A stretch of DNA of 64,000 bases from Candidatus Poribacteria bacterium. GTDB lineage: Bacteria > Poribacteria > WGA-4E > JAJDTR01. The position numbers and the translations under genes are program-made. Below, piece by piece: positions 20,118-30,575 of the stretch (within the stretch, counting starts at the first letter, position 1; the number at the start of each line of letters is the position of its first letter). The stretch spans positions 4,680,643-4,744,642 of the forward strand of contig CBDCTK010000002.1 of the NCBI GenBank assembly GCA_965222225.1, read 5' to 3'. Below the pieces are notes generated by a model. The model was not told the origin of the DNA and made no database searches. It saw only the letters and a list, made by a program, of their open reading frames with translations.

Positions 20118-21890
20118 TTAGACCCAGTTTAACAATTCCGGGAAACGATCCATTGCTTCCCGCCAAATATAGGTTTCAATCTCTCCTGCTGTGGAAAGTT
20201 TCATGATTTCGGCGACGAGGTATTGTGCGTCTTGAAGGGAAATTGAGCTTATGACCTTTTTAATCTCGGGAATTACCGTCGGGCTCATGCTGAGTTGTTC
20301 GTATCCCATGCCGATTAGCAGCACGCTCAACACAGGATCGCCCGCCATTTCTCCACAAACAGTAATGTCAATTCCCGCGTCTAACGCAACATGAAGAACA
20401 TTTTGGATTAAGCGAAGGACAGCTGGATGCAGAGGTTCATAAAGCGGCAGCGTTTCCTCGTTGCGCCGATCAATCGCTATCGTGTACTGAATGAGATCGT
20501 TTGTCCCGATACTGAAGAAGTCGACTTCCTTGGCAAGAAGATCGGCGCTAATCGCCGCGGCGGGGAGTTCAATCATCGCGCCGATTTCAATCTGGGGATC
20601 AAAAGGGATTCGCTCTTCTGCCAACTGTGCCCGCGCTTTCTCAAGATGCCATTTTGCCTCACGCAATTCGTCTAACCCGGAAATCATCGGAAACATTATC
20701 TTGACGTTTCCGTAATCGCTAGCTCTCAGTATAGCGCGTAGTTGATTCATGAAGATATCGGGATATTTCAAACAAAGACGAATTGAACGCAAACCCATCA
20801 AGGAATCCATGCTGCTCCCGAGATTTAGATGTGGGACCAGTTTGTCGCCTCCAATGTCTAGGGTGCGGATTGTTGCCGCTTCAGGACTGACCTGTTCTAC
20901 CATGTGTCGGTAATCTTCAAACAACTCTTCCTCTGAAGGCAAGTCTTCCCGGTCCATATAAAAGTATTCCGTTCGATACAGTCCAACGCCCTTGGCGCCA
21001 TATTTCCGAATCAGTTCAATTTCCTCAAGGAATTCAATGTTAGCAGCTATTTCGATTTGTCTGCCATCGGTCGTCTGAAGATCGACGGCGCGTAGCGCGG
21101 AAAGATCGACCTCAACCTTGTCATACTTTGCTCGCTCAGTTCGGTACTCGTTAATTTGCTCTTCATCCGGCCACATGATGATGCGCCCATGTGTGCCGTC
21201 AACCACCATTTGGTCGCCGGTTTCGGCTTTTGTGATAGCGGATCCAACGCCGACGATGGCGGGAATGCCTAATGAGCGTGCCAAGATCGCTGTGTGAGAG
21301 ACGCGCGTGCCAGCCTCAGTCACAAACGCAAGAACTTTGGTTTTGCGCATTAGCACGGTATCTGAAGGCGTAAGATTGTGTGCGACAACAATAACTTCGT
21401 TTTCTTGATTGAAGAGATCCAACCGCTCCTCTCCCATCAGGAGGGATACAATCTGTTGCACGAGATCGTATAGGTCCACAGACCTTTCACGAAAATACGG
21501 GCTCTCTGATTGAGAGAAGACATCTATGAATTCGGCGCCGACATCTACAACAGCGGCTTCCGCGTTGACGTGGTGGGTTGCTATATGGCTTCGAATATGC
21601 TCCACCATCGTTGGATCTTCAAGCATCATGATATGAGCTTGGAAGATATCTGCACCGTCGCTATGCGCATCCAAGTGAAGACGTTGACGAATTGCTCGGA
21701 GGTCCTTTTTGACCTGCTTTACGGCATGGAGAAAGCGGTGTATTTCAGCCGGAACACCGTTGGCAGGGATGCTATGACGAGGGATGTCCACGCGGTCGTG
21801 GATGCGGAAAACCTCTCCGATAACGACGCCGGGTGAAGCTGCGAGTCCAGAAAGGACGGTAGAATTGCCTTCTGCTGATTGGGATGTCAT
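20118..21890 (-). CDS. ptsI: Phosphoenolpyruvate-protein phosphotransferase (PTS Enzyme I)
   Basis: Phosphohistidine region …EAGTRVSHTAILARSLGIPAIVG…, PEP-utilising C-terminal TIM barrel (…LGLYRTEYFYM…, …MIELPAAA…); 590 aa. Confidence 0.9.
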   Translation of the reverse strand: MTSQSAEGNSTVLSGLAASPGVVIGEVFRIHDRVDIPRHSIPANGVPAEIHRFLHAVKQVKKDLRAIRQRLHLDAHSDGADIFQAHIMMLEDPTMVEHIRSHIATHHVNAEAAVVDVGAEFIDVFSQSESPYFRERSVDLYDLVQQIVSLLMGEERLDLFNQENEVIVVAHNLTPSDTVLMRKTKVLAFVTEAGTRVSHTAILARSLGIPAIVGVGSAITKAETGDQMVVDGTHGRIIMWPDEEQINEYRTERAKYDKVEVDLSALRAVDLQTTDGRQIEIAANIEFLEEIELIRKYGAKGVGLYRTEYFYMDREDLPSEEELFEDYRHMVEQVSPEAATIRTLDIGGDKLVPHLNLGSSMDSLMGLRSIRLCLKYPDIFMNQLRAILRASDYGNVKIMFPMISGLDELREAKWHLEKARAQLAEERIPFDPQIEIGAMIELPAAAISADLLAKEVDFFSIGTNDLIQYTIAIDRRNEETLPLYEPLHPAVLRLIQNVLHVALDAGIDITVCGEMAGDPVLSVLLIGMGYEQLSMSPTVIPEIKKVISSISLQDAQYLVAEIMKLSTAGEIETYIWREAMDRFPELLNWV

Positions 21891-22105
21891 AGCCTTTTAG
21901 CCGGGGAAAAGATTAGTCGTGTTGGTTGAAACGGGTTTGAGACTATACCGGGATGGTATTATCCGTTACCGATGAACGTCGAATCCGAAACACGTTCAAG
22001 GCATTGCCGTAGGCAGCTTGCTTCTGGAGATTGGCTCGCATCCAACGGTCAATTGCGGTTTGATTTCATTACGAATCGGAAATTACTAAACCAAGGGTGG
22101 GACAA

Positions 22106-22372
22106 TCATGTTTCAATGAATCCACTTTCAATCAGCGCTGCCAGTTCTTCAATGGCTTCCTCTTCATCGGTGCCGTCGGTAGTAATGGTTAGCTCCGTTC
22201 TTTCCCCTGCCGCCAACATCATTATGCCCATGATGCTCTTCGCATTCACCTTCATCAAACCTTTTTGAAGATAGATGTTAGACACAAAGCGACTGGATGT
22301 TTGAGCAAGCATTCCGGCTGTTCGCAGATGTAAACCGAGTGAATTCCGAACGGTAACCACTTTTTCGCGCAT
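22106..22372 (-). CDS. ptsH: Phosphocarrier protein HPr
   Basis: 88 aa. Active-site His15 region (NSLGLHLRTAG) and the regulatory Ser46 context (NAKSIMGIM) that HprK recognises. Confidence 0.75.
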   Translation of the reverse strand: MREKVVTVRNSLGLHLRTAGMLAQTSSRFVSNIYLQKGLMKVNAKSIMGIMMLAAGERTELTITTDGTDEEEAIEELAALIESGFIET

Positions 22373-22565
22373 GAATAAACCCCATGAAACACTAGGAATC
22401 AGAGATGTCCGTCGTCATTGACCTATCTAATAGTGTGTTCCATCCTCCTTACAGTTTCGACTGCGACAAGTTGAGCGAGAATTGGGAGGAAACCACACAT
22501 AAGGCAGCAGCGGTCTTGTACACTGTCGGATCATCTCGTGACATTCCAATATTAAGTTGGAATTG

Positions 22566-22967
22566 TCAAACCGCAGTTGGATCCAATCCACAATCAATGA
22601 TACCTGCTTTGCCGCTTTCACATGCGGATGCCGCAAGCGCATTGAGATTGAGTTCGGATCGGTGTGCCAGCACTTTCAGCAACATCGGCAAATTTAGACC
22701 GGTGACAACTCGAACCCCATTACCACGAAACAGAGAAAGACTCATTTGACAATCGCTCTCCCCAAAGATACCGGCAAGAATTAGCACACCGTCTTGTTGC
22801 TGAACACGAGAGACGGCTTGCGTAAGGTGTTGCAAGATTTCCTCTTTGCCCTCTTGCGGCATAACATCAACTGCAACGACCGCTTCTTGCTTGCCAAGAA
22901 CGCTTTCTGCAGCATCCAAAAAAGTTGTTGCGAGTTTTCCGTGAGTGGTAATTATGATACTAACCAT
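22566..22967 (-). CDS. PTS EIIA component, mannose/fructose/sorbose (EIIA-Man) family
   Basis: N-terminal IIITTHG phosphohistidine motif and overall similarity to the ManX IIA domain (…VLILAGIFGESD…, …NLPMLLKVL…). Confidence 0.7.
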   Translation of the reverse strand: MVSIIITTHGKLATTFLDAAESVLGKQEAVVAVDVMPQEGKEEILQHLTQAVSRVQQQDGVLILAGIFGESDCQMSLSLFRGNGVRVVTGLNLPMLLKVLAHRSELNLNALAASACESGKAGIIDCGLDPTAV

Positions 22968-23069
22968 TTACTCCCGATGTGCCTCGGGTAAACATTTCCC
23001 ATACCATGATGAGCTAGGAGCAGAGGTTGTCTCAATCGTAACATTTTCGGATGCAGACGCGACGGAGAC

Positions 23070-24083
23070 TTATCGTTTTCCATCTGACGGATGAACAATC
23101 TCGCGATGGAGGGTTTCATGTCGCCATTGATCGAGCACAACTTCGTCATTCTTATCCTGTGTCATTTCTACGAGGGCACTGTCAAATTCTTTTGCTGCGT
23201 CCAAGCCTAATTTATCGCCCCAGAAACTCATGGCAGCAACCTCGATCAGGTTCGCCAAATTTCTTCCGGGACGCACGGGTATTACGACATGTGGCAGTCT
23301 CTCATTATGAAATATGTACTCATCATCTCTAACTCCAGTTCGATTGTACGCCTTCTCTTTGTTCCAAGGTTCAAGAGTGGCGACAAGCTCAACTTGTTTG
23401 CGATCGCCCACCGCCGTTACGCCAAAAAGTGCGACAACATCAATAATTCCTATTCCCCGAACTTCGATGTAGTGCTTGAATGGTCGAGGACGAATACCAA
23501 AGACGCGATGCTCCGACACTTTCTTCAGTAGCACGGTATCGTCAGCAATAACACGATGACCACTCTGCAGGAGTCCAAGTGTGCATTCGCTCTTGCCAAT
23601 GCCACTCTGACCTAAAATCAACACGCCGACGCCGAAAACATCAACCAGATTCCCGTGTACATACTCCGAAGGCCCAAATTCGTCTTCAAAGAAAAGGAGC
23701 AGGCGCGTCGTGAACGTTGAGGACGCAAGGACTGTTGTCAAAACCGTAATCTGATTTCGATTGGCAAGGTCAATCAACTCTTCTGGCGGACACAATCCGC
23801 TCGTAACAACAATACAAGGAAGGGGATATGAAAGTAATTGATTTAACACATCGAAACGGGCTGTAGCGGAAAGACTTTCTAAATATCCGACTTCACCGTG
23901 TCCGAAAATCTGAACGCGATCGTGCCCGAAGTGTTCGTAATAACCACAAAGTGCCAAGCCGGGGCGATTGGATTCTGCGGTCTTAATCTGCCTATCTAAC
24001 CCTGCCTCACCAGCCACGACATCCGTTTGTAGTTCATGCCCTGCATATTTGATTAGATTGCGTACCGTTACATGCTGTTTCAT
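23070..24083 (-). CDS. hprK: HPr kinase/phosphorylase
   Basis: Walker A/P-loop GVGVLILGQSGIGKSECTLGL, and the downstream HprK signature …RGIGIIDV…; 337 aa. Confidence 0.9.
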   Translation of the reverse strand: MKQHVTVRNLIKYAGHELQTDVVAGEAGLDRQIKTAESNRPGLALCGYYEHFGHDRVQIFGHGEVGYLESLSATARFDVLNQLLSYPLPCIVVTSGLCPPEELIDLANRNQITVLTTVLASSTFTTRLLLFFEDEFGPSEYVHGNLVDVFGVGVLILGQSGIGKSECTLGLLQSGHRVIADDTVLLKKVSEHRVFGIRPRPFKHYIEVRGIGIIDVVALFGVTAVGDRKQVELVATLEPWNKEKAYNRTGVRDDEYIFHNERLPHVVIPVRPGRNLANLIEVAAMSFWGDKLGLDAAKEFDSALVEMTQDKNDEVVLDQWRHETLHREIVHPSDGKR

Positions 24084-24101
24084 TGAAGCGATTCCAGGAG
24101 G

Positions 24102-24671
24102 TCATGAAAATTCGGGTTCCACCCACCCGTATTCCCCACCATCTGTTTCGTAGAGTAGATTCACTTGTGATGTTTCCGCGTTCACAAAAAGTAGCAGCGA
24201 ATCTTCGGAAACCTGCAACTCCATTGCCGCGTCTTCAACCGTTAGCGGCTTGGATGCAAATTTGTCCGTAACCTTTACAATCGGTGCAGATGCAGTAGGC
24301 GAATCGTCGCTTGCTGCCGCTGCAGACGATGTCGCCGCGTCTTCGTTCAATTGGGCCGCGACATCGCGATGTGATTGGCGATGTCGCCAATCCTTCATCC
24401 GTTCCTTATGACGTCTCACTTGCGATTCAACACGATTTAGGGCAGTGTCAAGCGATTCAAAAACGTCGTGCGTCTCAATCCGCGCATGAAATGTCGTTTT
24501 TCGGGCGAATAAAGTCAATTCCGTGCAATATCGAGATTTTTCCTGTTCAATGACGACCTGTAACTCATCAAGAAAGTTGAAAACCCCTTCGAGTTTACTC
24601 GCCCGTTTCTCTACAAAACTCCGCACGTCATCTGTGATTTGGACGTGACGGCCGGTAAAAGTTATCTGCAT
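24102..24671 (-). CDS. hpf: Ribosome hibernation promoting factor, long form (RaiA/HPF with C-terminal dimerisation domain)
   Basis: N-terminal MQITFTGRHVQITDDVRSFVEKRASKLE… (S30AE fold) plus a linker and C-terminal domain; 189 aa. Confidence 0.85.
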   Translation of the reverse strand: MQITFTGRHVQITDDVRSFVEKRASKLEGVFNFLDELQVVIEQEKSRYCTELTLFARKTTFHARIETHDVFESLDTALNRVESQVRRHKERMKDWRHRQSHRDVAAQLNEDAATSSAAAASDDSPTASAPIVKVTDKFASKPLTVEDAAMELQVSEDSLLLFVNAETSQVNLLYETDGGEYGWVEPEFS

Positions 24672-24746
24672 ACCAAGAACCTCGTTAACTGATTGTGATT
24701 CTAATTAAATAATTTGATGATGACTACAGTGTCAAAATCTATGCTG

Positions 24747-26474
24747 TTACCACGCCTGTTTTCTTTTGCTTGTCGAGAGTATATTAAGTTCCTCTCGGTA
24801 CTTCTGGACCGTGCGTCTAGCAACATGAATTCCTTGTTTTCCTAGCGCATTGGCGATTGCTTGATCGCTGAGTGGCTTTGCCGTGTTTTCTCCATCGATC
24901 ATTTCCTTAATTTTATCCTTGACTATTGTTGAGGAAACACTCTCTCCCGAGTCGGTCGGCAAGTACGTGCTAAAAAAGAATTTCAGTTTATATATTCCTT
25001 GTGGTGTCTCGACATATTTGTTTGATGTGACTCGGCTGACCGTGGATTCATGAACGCCTGCCATTGCCGCAATCTCCTTGAGCGTTAAGGGCTTTAATCC
25101 TGCAGTCCCCTGATCCAGAAAATCCGCCTGAATCTTAAAAATAGCTTCAGTCACACTTACTATCGTCCTGCGACGTTGATTGATACTGCTAATAAAATCA
25201 ATCGCCGAACTACGATGCTGTTCTAGCCACTTCTTTGTTTCGCCATTAACCTTCCCATTTTGGCCGCGCAGCATATTTACATAAAACGGGTTCAGTCGTA
25301 GCCGAGGCATTCCATCGTCATTCGTAAGGAATTGGTATTCCCCACTGATTTTTTTGATGGAAACCTCCGGGATGATGAGACGAGAGGGGTTATTACCGTT
25401 TCTTAGATACTTGCCCGTAGGGTCTGAAAAATAGCGACCCGGATATGGCGCAAGGTGGCCAATGAACTCCTTTGCTTTAATTACTTCCTTAATGTCCACC
25501 TCAAGCCGCTGCGCAATTCGTGGAATCTGGTTGTTCATGAAGTCTTCAAAGTGGTTCCTGAGGATTGCTTCGGCGACGGGATTGTGCGTTTCGTTCACCT
25601 TCATTTGGATCAGCATTGTTTCAGGGACTGTCCGAAACGCAATACCAATCGGTTCAAAATTCTCTTGAATATACTCAAGCACTTCCTCTACATGTTCAAC
25701 ATCACAACCGATAGCACCGGCAATCTCCTCAAACGTGAGATTATAGACTTCTAGTCGGCCATTCTCATGTCTTACCGTGTATGTCTGTTTGTTCTCCTCA
25801 TCGACTATCTTCCATTTGCCTTCCTCTTTTCCTAGTACAATTGTGGAGTTAGTAGACAGCGAAATTTCGTCACTTGACAACTCTTGGCGGAGGTGACGTT
25901 CGAGAACCTTACGTAAACCGTCGGAGAGGTACGCATCATCCAGGTCGTTCTTGTATTTGGAACTTATTACGAAGAGGGGCATCTTCAGCTGCCCGTCATC
26001 GTTCAAGTTGCCGATAATCTGCTCACCGATAGCTTTTTCAATGTCCGACATCAGTGTGACGCTAAGTTGGGCAAGCAAGAATTCGTGCAACGATTGTGTC
26101 CCAGCAACATCGGATTGTGGTCCATCTTCATCGTCCGCCTGTTGGAATGAGGTTTGCTCGCTGACGTTCGCGATATCATCAAAGACGGCATCCCAGTCAA
26201 TGTCCGGCTCCTTATCTTCCTGATCCAAACTTTTTTCCGGTTCGTTCCATTCGGTATCCGGATCCAACTCTGTTGTCCCAACAAGGTCTTCAATATCTAG
26301 TTCCTCGGTTTGAATTTCATCTTCTTCTAGCAGAGGGTTTTGTTCCAACTGTTGCGTCATGAACTGGTTAAGTTCCAGTTGCGGCATAAGCAGCACTTTG
26401 ATCGCCTGCTGCAACTTCGGTGTCATAATTAATTGCTGTTTCAGGGTTGCAACCTGTCGTAATCCAAGGTTCAT
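24747..26474 (-). CDS. rpoN: RNA polymerase sigma-54 factor
   Basis: Gln/Leu-rich region I (…LKQQLIMTPKLQQAIKVLLMPQLEL…), an acidic region II, and the C-terminal RpoN box (…HVARRTVQKYRE…) with HTH. Confidence 0.95.
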   Translation of the reverse strand: MNLGLRQVATLKQQLIMTPKLQQAIKVLLMPQLELNQFMTQQLEQNPLLEEDEIQTEELDIEDLVGTTELDPDTEWNEPEKSLDQEDKEPDIDWDAVFDDIANVSEQTSFQQADDEDGPQSDVAGTQSLHEFLLAQLSVTLMSDIEKAIGEQIIGNLNDDGQLKMPLFVISSKYKNDLDDAYLSDGLRKVLERHLRQELSSDEISLSTNSTIVLGKEEGKWKIVDEENKQTYTVRHENGRLEVYNLTFEEIAGAIGCDVEHVEEVLEYIQENFEPIGIAFRTVPETMLIQMKVNETHNPVAEAILRNHFEDFMNNQIPRIAQRLEVDIKEVIKAKEFIGHLAPYPGRYFSDPTGKYLRNGNNPSRLIIPEVSIKKISGEYQFLTNDDGMPRLRLNPFYVNMLRGQNGKVNGETKKWLEQHRSSAIDFISSINQRRRTIVSVTEAIFKIQADFLDQGTAGLKPLTLKEIAAMAGVHESTVSRVTSNKYVETPQGIYKLKFFFSTYLPTDSGESVSSTIVKDKIKEMIDGENTAKPLSDQAIANALGKQGIHVARRTVQKYREELNILSTSKRKQAW

Positions 26475-26490
26475 GATTCGCTCCTCAAGA

Positions 26491-27243
26491 TCATCGGTTC
26501 AAGGGGCCGCTTCTGAGTTCGAAATTATGTCCGAAGTATAAATCTCGCGCCAACTGGTTACCAACCAACTCCTCGGGAGTACCGGTCAGCGTGATTTTAC
26601 CATCAGCAATCAAGTAAGCTCTATCGACAATTCCAAGTGTTTCTTCCGCATTGTGATCGGTAATCAAGATTCCAAGGTCCCGACTGCGCAGGTGCAAGAT
26701 GAGTTGCTGAATATCTTGTACGGCAATCGGGTCGATTCCCGAAAACGGTTCGTCTAGCAAGATAAAGGACGGAGAAGCCGCCAAGGCTCGCGCAATTTCT
26801 GCCCGTCGACATTCTCCGCCTGAAAGCGTATACGCCTTGCGATTCGCCAAGTCAGAGATGCCGAGTTCCTCCATAAGCTGTCCCGCACGTCGTTTGCGCT
26901 CGTCTTTGGGGATATCAAGCACCTCAAGAATTGACATTAGATTTTGTTCAATCGTCAACTTGCGAAAGATGGATGTTTCCTGCGCGAGGTACCCTATTCC
27001 AAGCCTTGCTCTTTTGTACATGGGCAAGAAAGTGATATCTCGATCGTCGTAGATAACCTGTCCGGCGTTGGGACGAATCAGCCCGACCACCATATAGAAT
27101 GTGGTGGATTTCCCGGCGCCGTTTGGTCCAAGCAAGCCAACTATCTCTCCGGTTTCAACATCAAGATCCACCTGATTGACAACAATCGGTCCTGTACGCG
27201 AATATCTTTTTATAAGTCCCCGAGCTTGAAGTCGGCTCGACAT
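26491..27243 (-). CDS. lptB: LPS export ABC transporter ATP-binding protein
   Basis: Walker A GPNGAGKST, ABC signature LSGGECRRAEIARALA, Walker B ILLDEP. It sits immediately downstream of LptC/LptA-like genes and upstream of rpoN, the canonical arrangement. Confidence 0.9.
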   Translation of the reverse strand: MSSRLQARGLIKRYSRTGPIVVNQVDLDVETGEIVGLLGPNGAGKSTTFYMVVGLIRPNAGQVIYDDRDITFLPMYKRARLGIGYLAQETSIFRKLTIEQNLMSILEVLDIPKDERKRRAGQLMEELGISDLANRKAYTLSGGECRRAEIARALAASPSFILLDEPFSGIDPIAVQDIQQLILHLRSRDLGILITDHNAEETLGIVDRAYLIADGKITLTGTPEELVGNQLARDLYFGHNFELRSGPLNR

Positions 27244-27303
27244 ATATGTTTTACCCCAATTCGTGTTGCGCCGATACGTTGAATCAAAACCGTGCTGCCG
27301 CAG

Positions 27304-27975
27304 CTAGTTTTGCTTTGGTAACTCTTCGTCTTTCGTCGTCGATTCCGCACTTTTCTTTTCTCGCTTCATTCTAACCTTGAATTTGACGCCACCGTCCGCT
27401 GTTTGCTTTCCGGTGCGTCTATTGAAGGTAAAATGTTTGGCTTCCAATCGATCGGCGTTTTGAAGAACGACGACATTGTCCCGGAGATCGACAGTATCAT
27501 CAGTGTGGTTTATGATTGCGTGTTCGCATGTGGCAAAAATATCCTCGTCGCGGATTTCAACGTTTCGCTCTGCAACCGTTTTGGAATATTCGCCGGTCCC
27601 AATGTCTTCATGCATGGTTACCTTATCTGCGTTTAGAAAACCGTTAGGTCGCTTCATCCTAACGTTCCCAGTCCAGATGGAAATGCCTTTCTTCTCATCG
27701 CGATTAAAGTTTTCGGCGAATATCTCGATCATCTCCTCATCATCCGATGTGTCAACCGAATCAGACTCAACTTGCTCTTGTGCGGCGGTAGTCGTTTCGA
27801 GTTCCTCCGCGTATGCTTCGTGTGAGAATGCGAAGAGACTGAGGCAAAAACCAAGAGCCCAAACAAGTGCTATCATCCCTCCCGCGGTCCAAGCGCGAAA
27901 ACCGAGACGGGCTCTGCACATGGTGGCTGATGTTGTTTTCCGTATTTCACCGATTTGATTCATTGACCTTTTCAT
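27304..27975 (-). CDS. lptA: LptA/OstA-family periplasmic LPS transport protein
   Basis: Signal peptide, then an OstA-like beta-jellyroll sequence (…FKVRMKREKK… is the C-terminal tail). Assignment rests on position between lptC-like and lptB. Confidence 0.55.
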   Translation of the reverse strand: MKRSMNQIGEIRKTTSATMCRARLGFRAWTAGGMIALVWALGFCLSLFAFSHEAYAEELETTTAAQEQVESDSVDTSDDEEMIEIFAENFNRDEKKGISIWTGNVRMKRPNGFLNADKVTMHEDIGTGEYSKTVAERNVEIRDEDIFATCEHAIINHTDDTVDLRDNVVVLQNADRLEAKHFTFNRRTGKQTADGGVKFKVRMKREKKSAESTTKDEELPKQN

Positions 27976-28573
27976 CCTTCGGATTAATCCTGAACAGCGT
28001 ATTCTTCATCGTGAGTTTCTCTAGTGATGGACTAGCTTCCAGCTCATTCCCGGTTGCGGTTGAATCCCCACGCACGATTTTTGACATGTTAGGCGCATAT
28101 AATTTGCCGTCTTGATCTCTCCAATGGAGTTCGTCCGTATATAGTTTCCCATCTTGGCTTTCACCAACAACTTGGCCGAACAGTTGGATATCATTCGACC
28201 TCTTGATGATTTCGCCACGATTACCTGTAAGTGTAATCTTCAGTTCACCGTCTTCAAAAATTTCGACAGTTGGCTCTTTTACTGCTATTATCTTCTTTAA
28301 GATTGTCGCCTCAGAGCCAACAAGCACCCATTTTACAACCCCCGCCTCGGTATGGCTTGTCGAAAACCCGTGGAGTGTTTGTTGGGGAATCTCCTCCGCG
28401 AATTGCGCGACATCCCCTTGTCCAGTGTCACACCCTAGCCCACAGAATGTGAGGGTGGTTATTAAAAGGGGCAAGAACCCCCAGCTCCAGTGTCTGGTTT
28501 CAGTTAAATGAGTTGAAATCAAGAAACGACTAGGAATCAATGAAATCTCCGAGCTGCCTTTTCCATCGCTCAT
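27947..28573 (-). CDS. lptC: LptC-like membrane-anchored LPS export protein
   Basis: Single N-terminal TM anchor, ~200 aa, and it lies directly upstream of lptA-lptB. Family assignment is mostly by context and size. Confidence 0.45.
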   Translation of the reverse strand: MSDGKGSSEISLIPSRFLISTHLTETRHWSWGFLPLLITTLTFCGLGCDTGQGDVAQFAEEIPQQTLHGFSTSHTEAGVVKWVLVGSEATILKKIIAVKEPTVEIFEDGELKITLTGNRGEIIKRSNDIQLFGQVVGESQDGKLYTDELHWRDQDGKLYAPNMSKIVRGDSTATGNELEASPSLEKLTMKNTLFRINPKDEKVNESNR

Positions 28574-29507
28574 GCATCCAGATCCACTGTTCGGGATAGC
28601 GCCTCACATAGGATTCGATTATCTTGGTGAACATCTGAGTGTTGATCAGGAAGTCTTGGTCTCGATTGCCGGTACTCTTTAGATCCAGCGGAGGCCCAAC
28701 AATCACGCGATGTGTATCATCAGGTTGCCGAATAATGAAAGTTGGCAAAATCGCCGCGCCGGTTTTGAGAGCAATCGCTACGGGACTGTACGGTGTATGG
28801 GCGGAACGCCCGAAAAAATCAACAAAGACGCCGTTTACGCTTGTATCCACATCCGCCAGAACACCAATCAGTTCATTGCGTTTCAGGCAACGCAGAATGT
28901 CGCGGGCTGTGCTGTCGCGGTCAATGGTGGAGTAACCGGCGGCTTGCCGCCAACCACGAACCAGACCATCTAAGCGTTGTGACCTAAGTCGTCGAGCTAT
29001 CGGCGTCAAAGGCGCTACTTGTTCCACGAGGCTAGCCGCCAAAAGTTCCCAATTACCGAAATGCCCGGTAAGGATTATTGCTCCCTTGCCTTGCGCCAAT
29101 GCGCCGTCAATATGGGCTTTGCCCTCGAAAGTAACAATCTCTCGATTCTTCTTGCTCGAAGTATGCGGAAAACGGATAAACTCAATGAGATTCTTCCCCA
29201 GATTTTGGAAACTGCGGCGGACAATGCGTTTGGTGGAAGCTCCACCCTTTAACTTAAGGCTGAGATTGATGTGTTTCTCGGCGAGCGCTCTTTGTTTGGA
29301 GGCAAACCGATAAGCAACAGATCCGAGAAAAGCCCCGAAGGATAGCGCAATTTTGCGAGGAAACACGACAGCACATGCGCAAACCAGTTTCGCAGTGAAC
29401 CTATAACTGGAATCCTTCAAAAAACGCCGCATACCCCGGTTGTGCGAGAATATGCATCGCACGCTGGCAATCAAATCTTGGTCTACGTTTTTCCAAAGCC
29501 CTAGCAA
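28530..29507 (-). CDS. Lipid A biosynthesis (Kdo2-lipid IVA) acyltransferase, LpxL/HtrB lysophospholipid acyltransferase family
   Basis: Catalytic H-x4-D/E variant motif in …ILTGHFGNWELLAASL… and the downstream …IGVLADVD… block; N-terminal membrane anchor. Confidence 0.75.
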   Translation of the reverse strand: MLGLWKNVDQDLIASVRCIFSHNRGMRRFLKDSSYRFTAKLVCACAVVFPRKIALSFGAFLGSVAYRFASKQRALAEKHINLSLKLKGGASTKRIVRRSFQNLGKNLIEFIRFPHTSSKKNREIVTFEGKAHIDGALAQGKGAIILTGHFGNWELLAASLVEQVAPLTPIARRLRSQRLDGLVRGWRQAAGYSTIDRDSTARDILRCLKRNELIGVLADVDTSVNGVFVDFFGRSAHTPYSPVAIALKTGAAILPTFIIRQPDDTHRVIVGPPLDLKSTGNRDQDFLINTQMFTKIIESYVRRYPEQWIWMHERWKRQLGDFIDS

Positions 29508-29884
29508 AAGCTATACCATATATCGGCGTGTATTATAGCAGATAGTAAGATTGAATAACAAGCTGATTTGAGTCATCTACCATCAGGGCAATCGCATCTA
29601 ACTTTGCGGCATAGGGGCATCGAAAACGAGAGAACGAGATACGTGAAAATGCCAAATCTAGGCGTGGAAAGGGTGAGATTGAATTAAATTAAAGAGATAT
29701 AGAGAAGGGAAATCAGGGATTTAATGATTGAAGATTGTTGCGATAAACCAACCGTAGGAGATCGAGCGAACGATCAACTGAGTGGATGGCGAAGGCGATA
29801 GCTTTTCTCCGAAATTCACGCCATTGATACACTACCATTTTAGAGAAATGGTATTAGTTGCAATGACTATAAAATCGGGTGGGA

Positions 29885-30514
29885 TTAATTGGAATTGTGG
29901 GCGGAGTTGGAGTCCTCAAAAAGCAACTCCCGCCGTATCCACGACACAACGTCATGGATACCGGCTCCATCACGCAAATTGGTAAAGACAAAGGGCTTGT
30001 CACCGCGCATCCGTTTCGTGTCTCTCTCCATGACGCCGAGATCCGCCCCCACGTATATCGCCAGGTCAATCTTGTTGATAACCAGTAGATCGGAGCGTGT
30101 TAGGCCCGGACCGCCCTTTCGCGGAATTTTGTCTCCTCCGGCGACATCTATGACGTAAATTGCGGCATCCACGAGTTCCGGGCTGAAAAAGGCGGCGAGA
30201 TTATCCCCGCCGCTTTCGAGAAATAGAATATCCAGATTGGGAAAATCGCTACTCATCTGATCGACCGCCTCAAGATTGGCAGAAATGTCCTCGCGGATAG
30301 CCGTGTGCGGGCAGCCGCCGGTTTCTACGCCGAGAATTCGTTCCTTTGGCAACGCTTCAAGGCGTGTGAGTATCTCCGCGTCTTCGCGTGTGAAGATGTC
30401 ATTCGTTATTGCCGCCAACTCATAGGTATCACGCATGGTCTTGCACAACTTTTCTATGAGCGCGGTCTTGCCCGATCCGACGGGGCCTCCGATGCCGATT
30501 TTCAGCGGTTTCAT
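29885..30514 (-). CDS. ureG: Urease accessory GTPase UreG
   Basis: [18 protein letters not shown]-loop, the UreG-specific ESGGDNL motif, and NKIDL (NKxD). Confidence 0.9.
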   Translation of the reverse strand: MKPLKIGIGGPVGSGKTALIEKLCKTMRDTYELAAITNDIFTREDAEILTRLEALPKERILGVETGGCPHTAIREDISANLEAVDQMSSDFPNLDILFLESGGDNLAAFFSPELVDAAIYVIDVAGGDKIPRKGGPGLTRSDLLVINKIDLAIYVGADLGVMERDTKRMRGDKPFVFTNLRDGAGIHDVVSWIRRELLFEDSNSAHNSN

Positions 30515-30575
30515 TACGGTTTTGCCTTTACGGTTTCAGTCTAGTGGTTCGCTTAACGTAGGTGTCAGGACTAAA

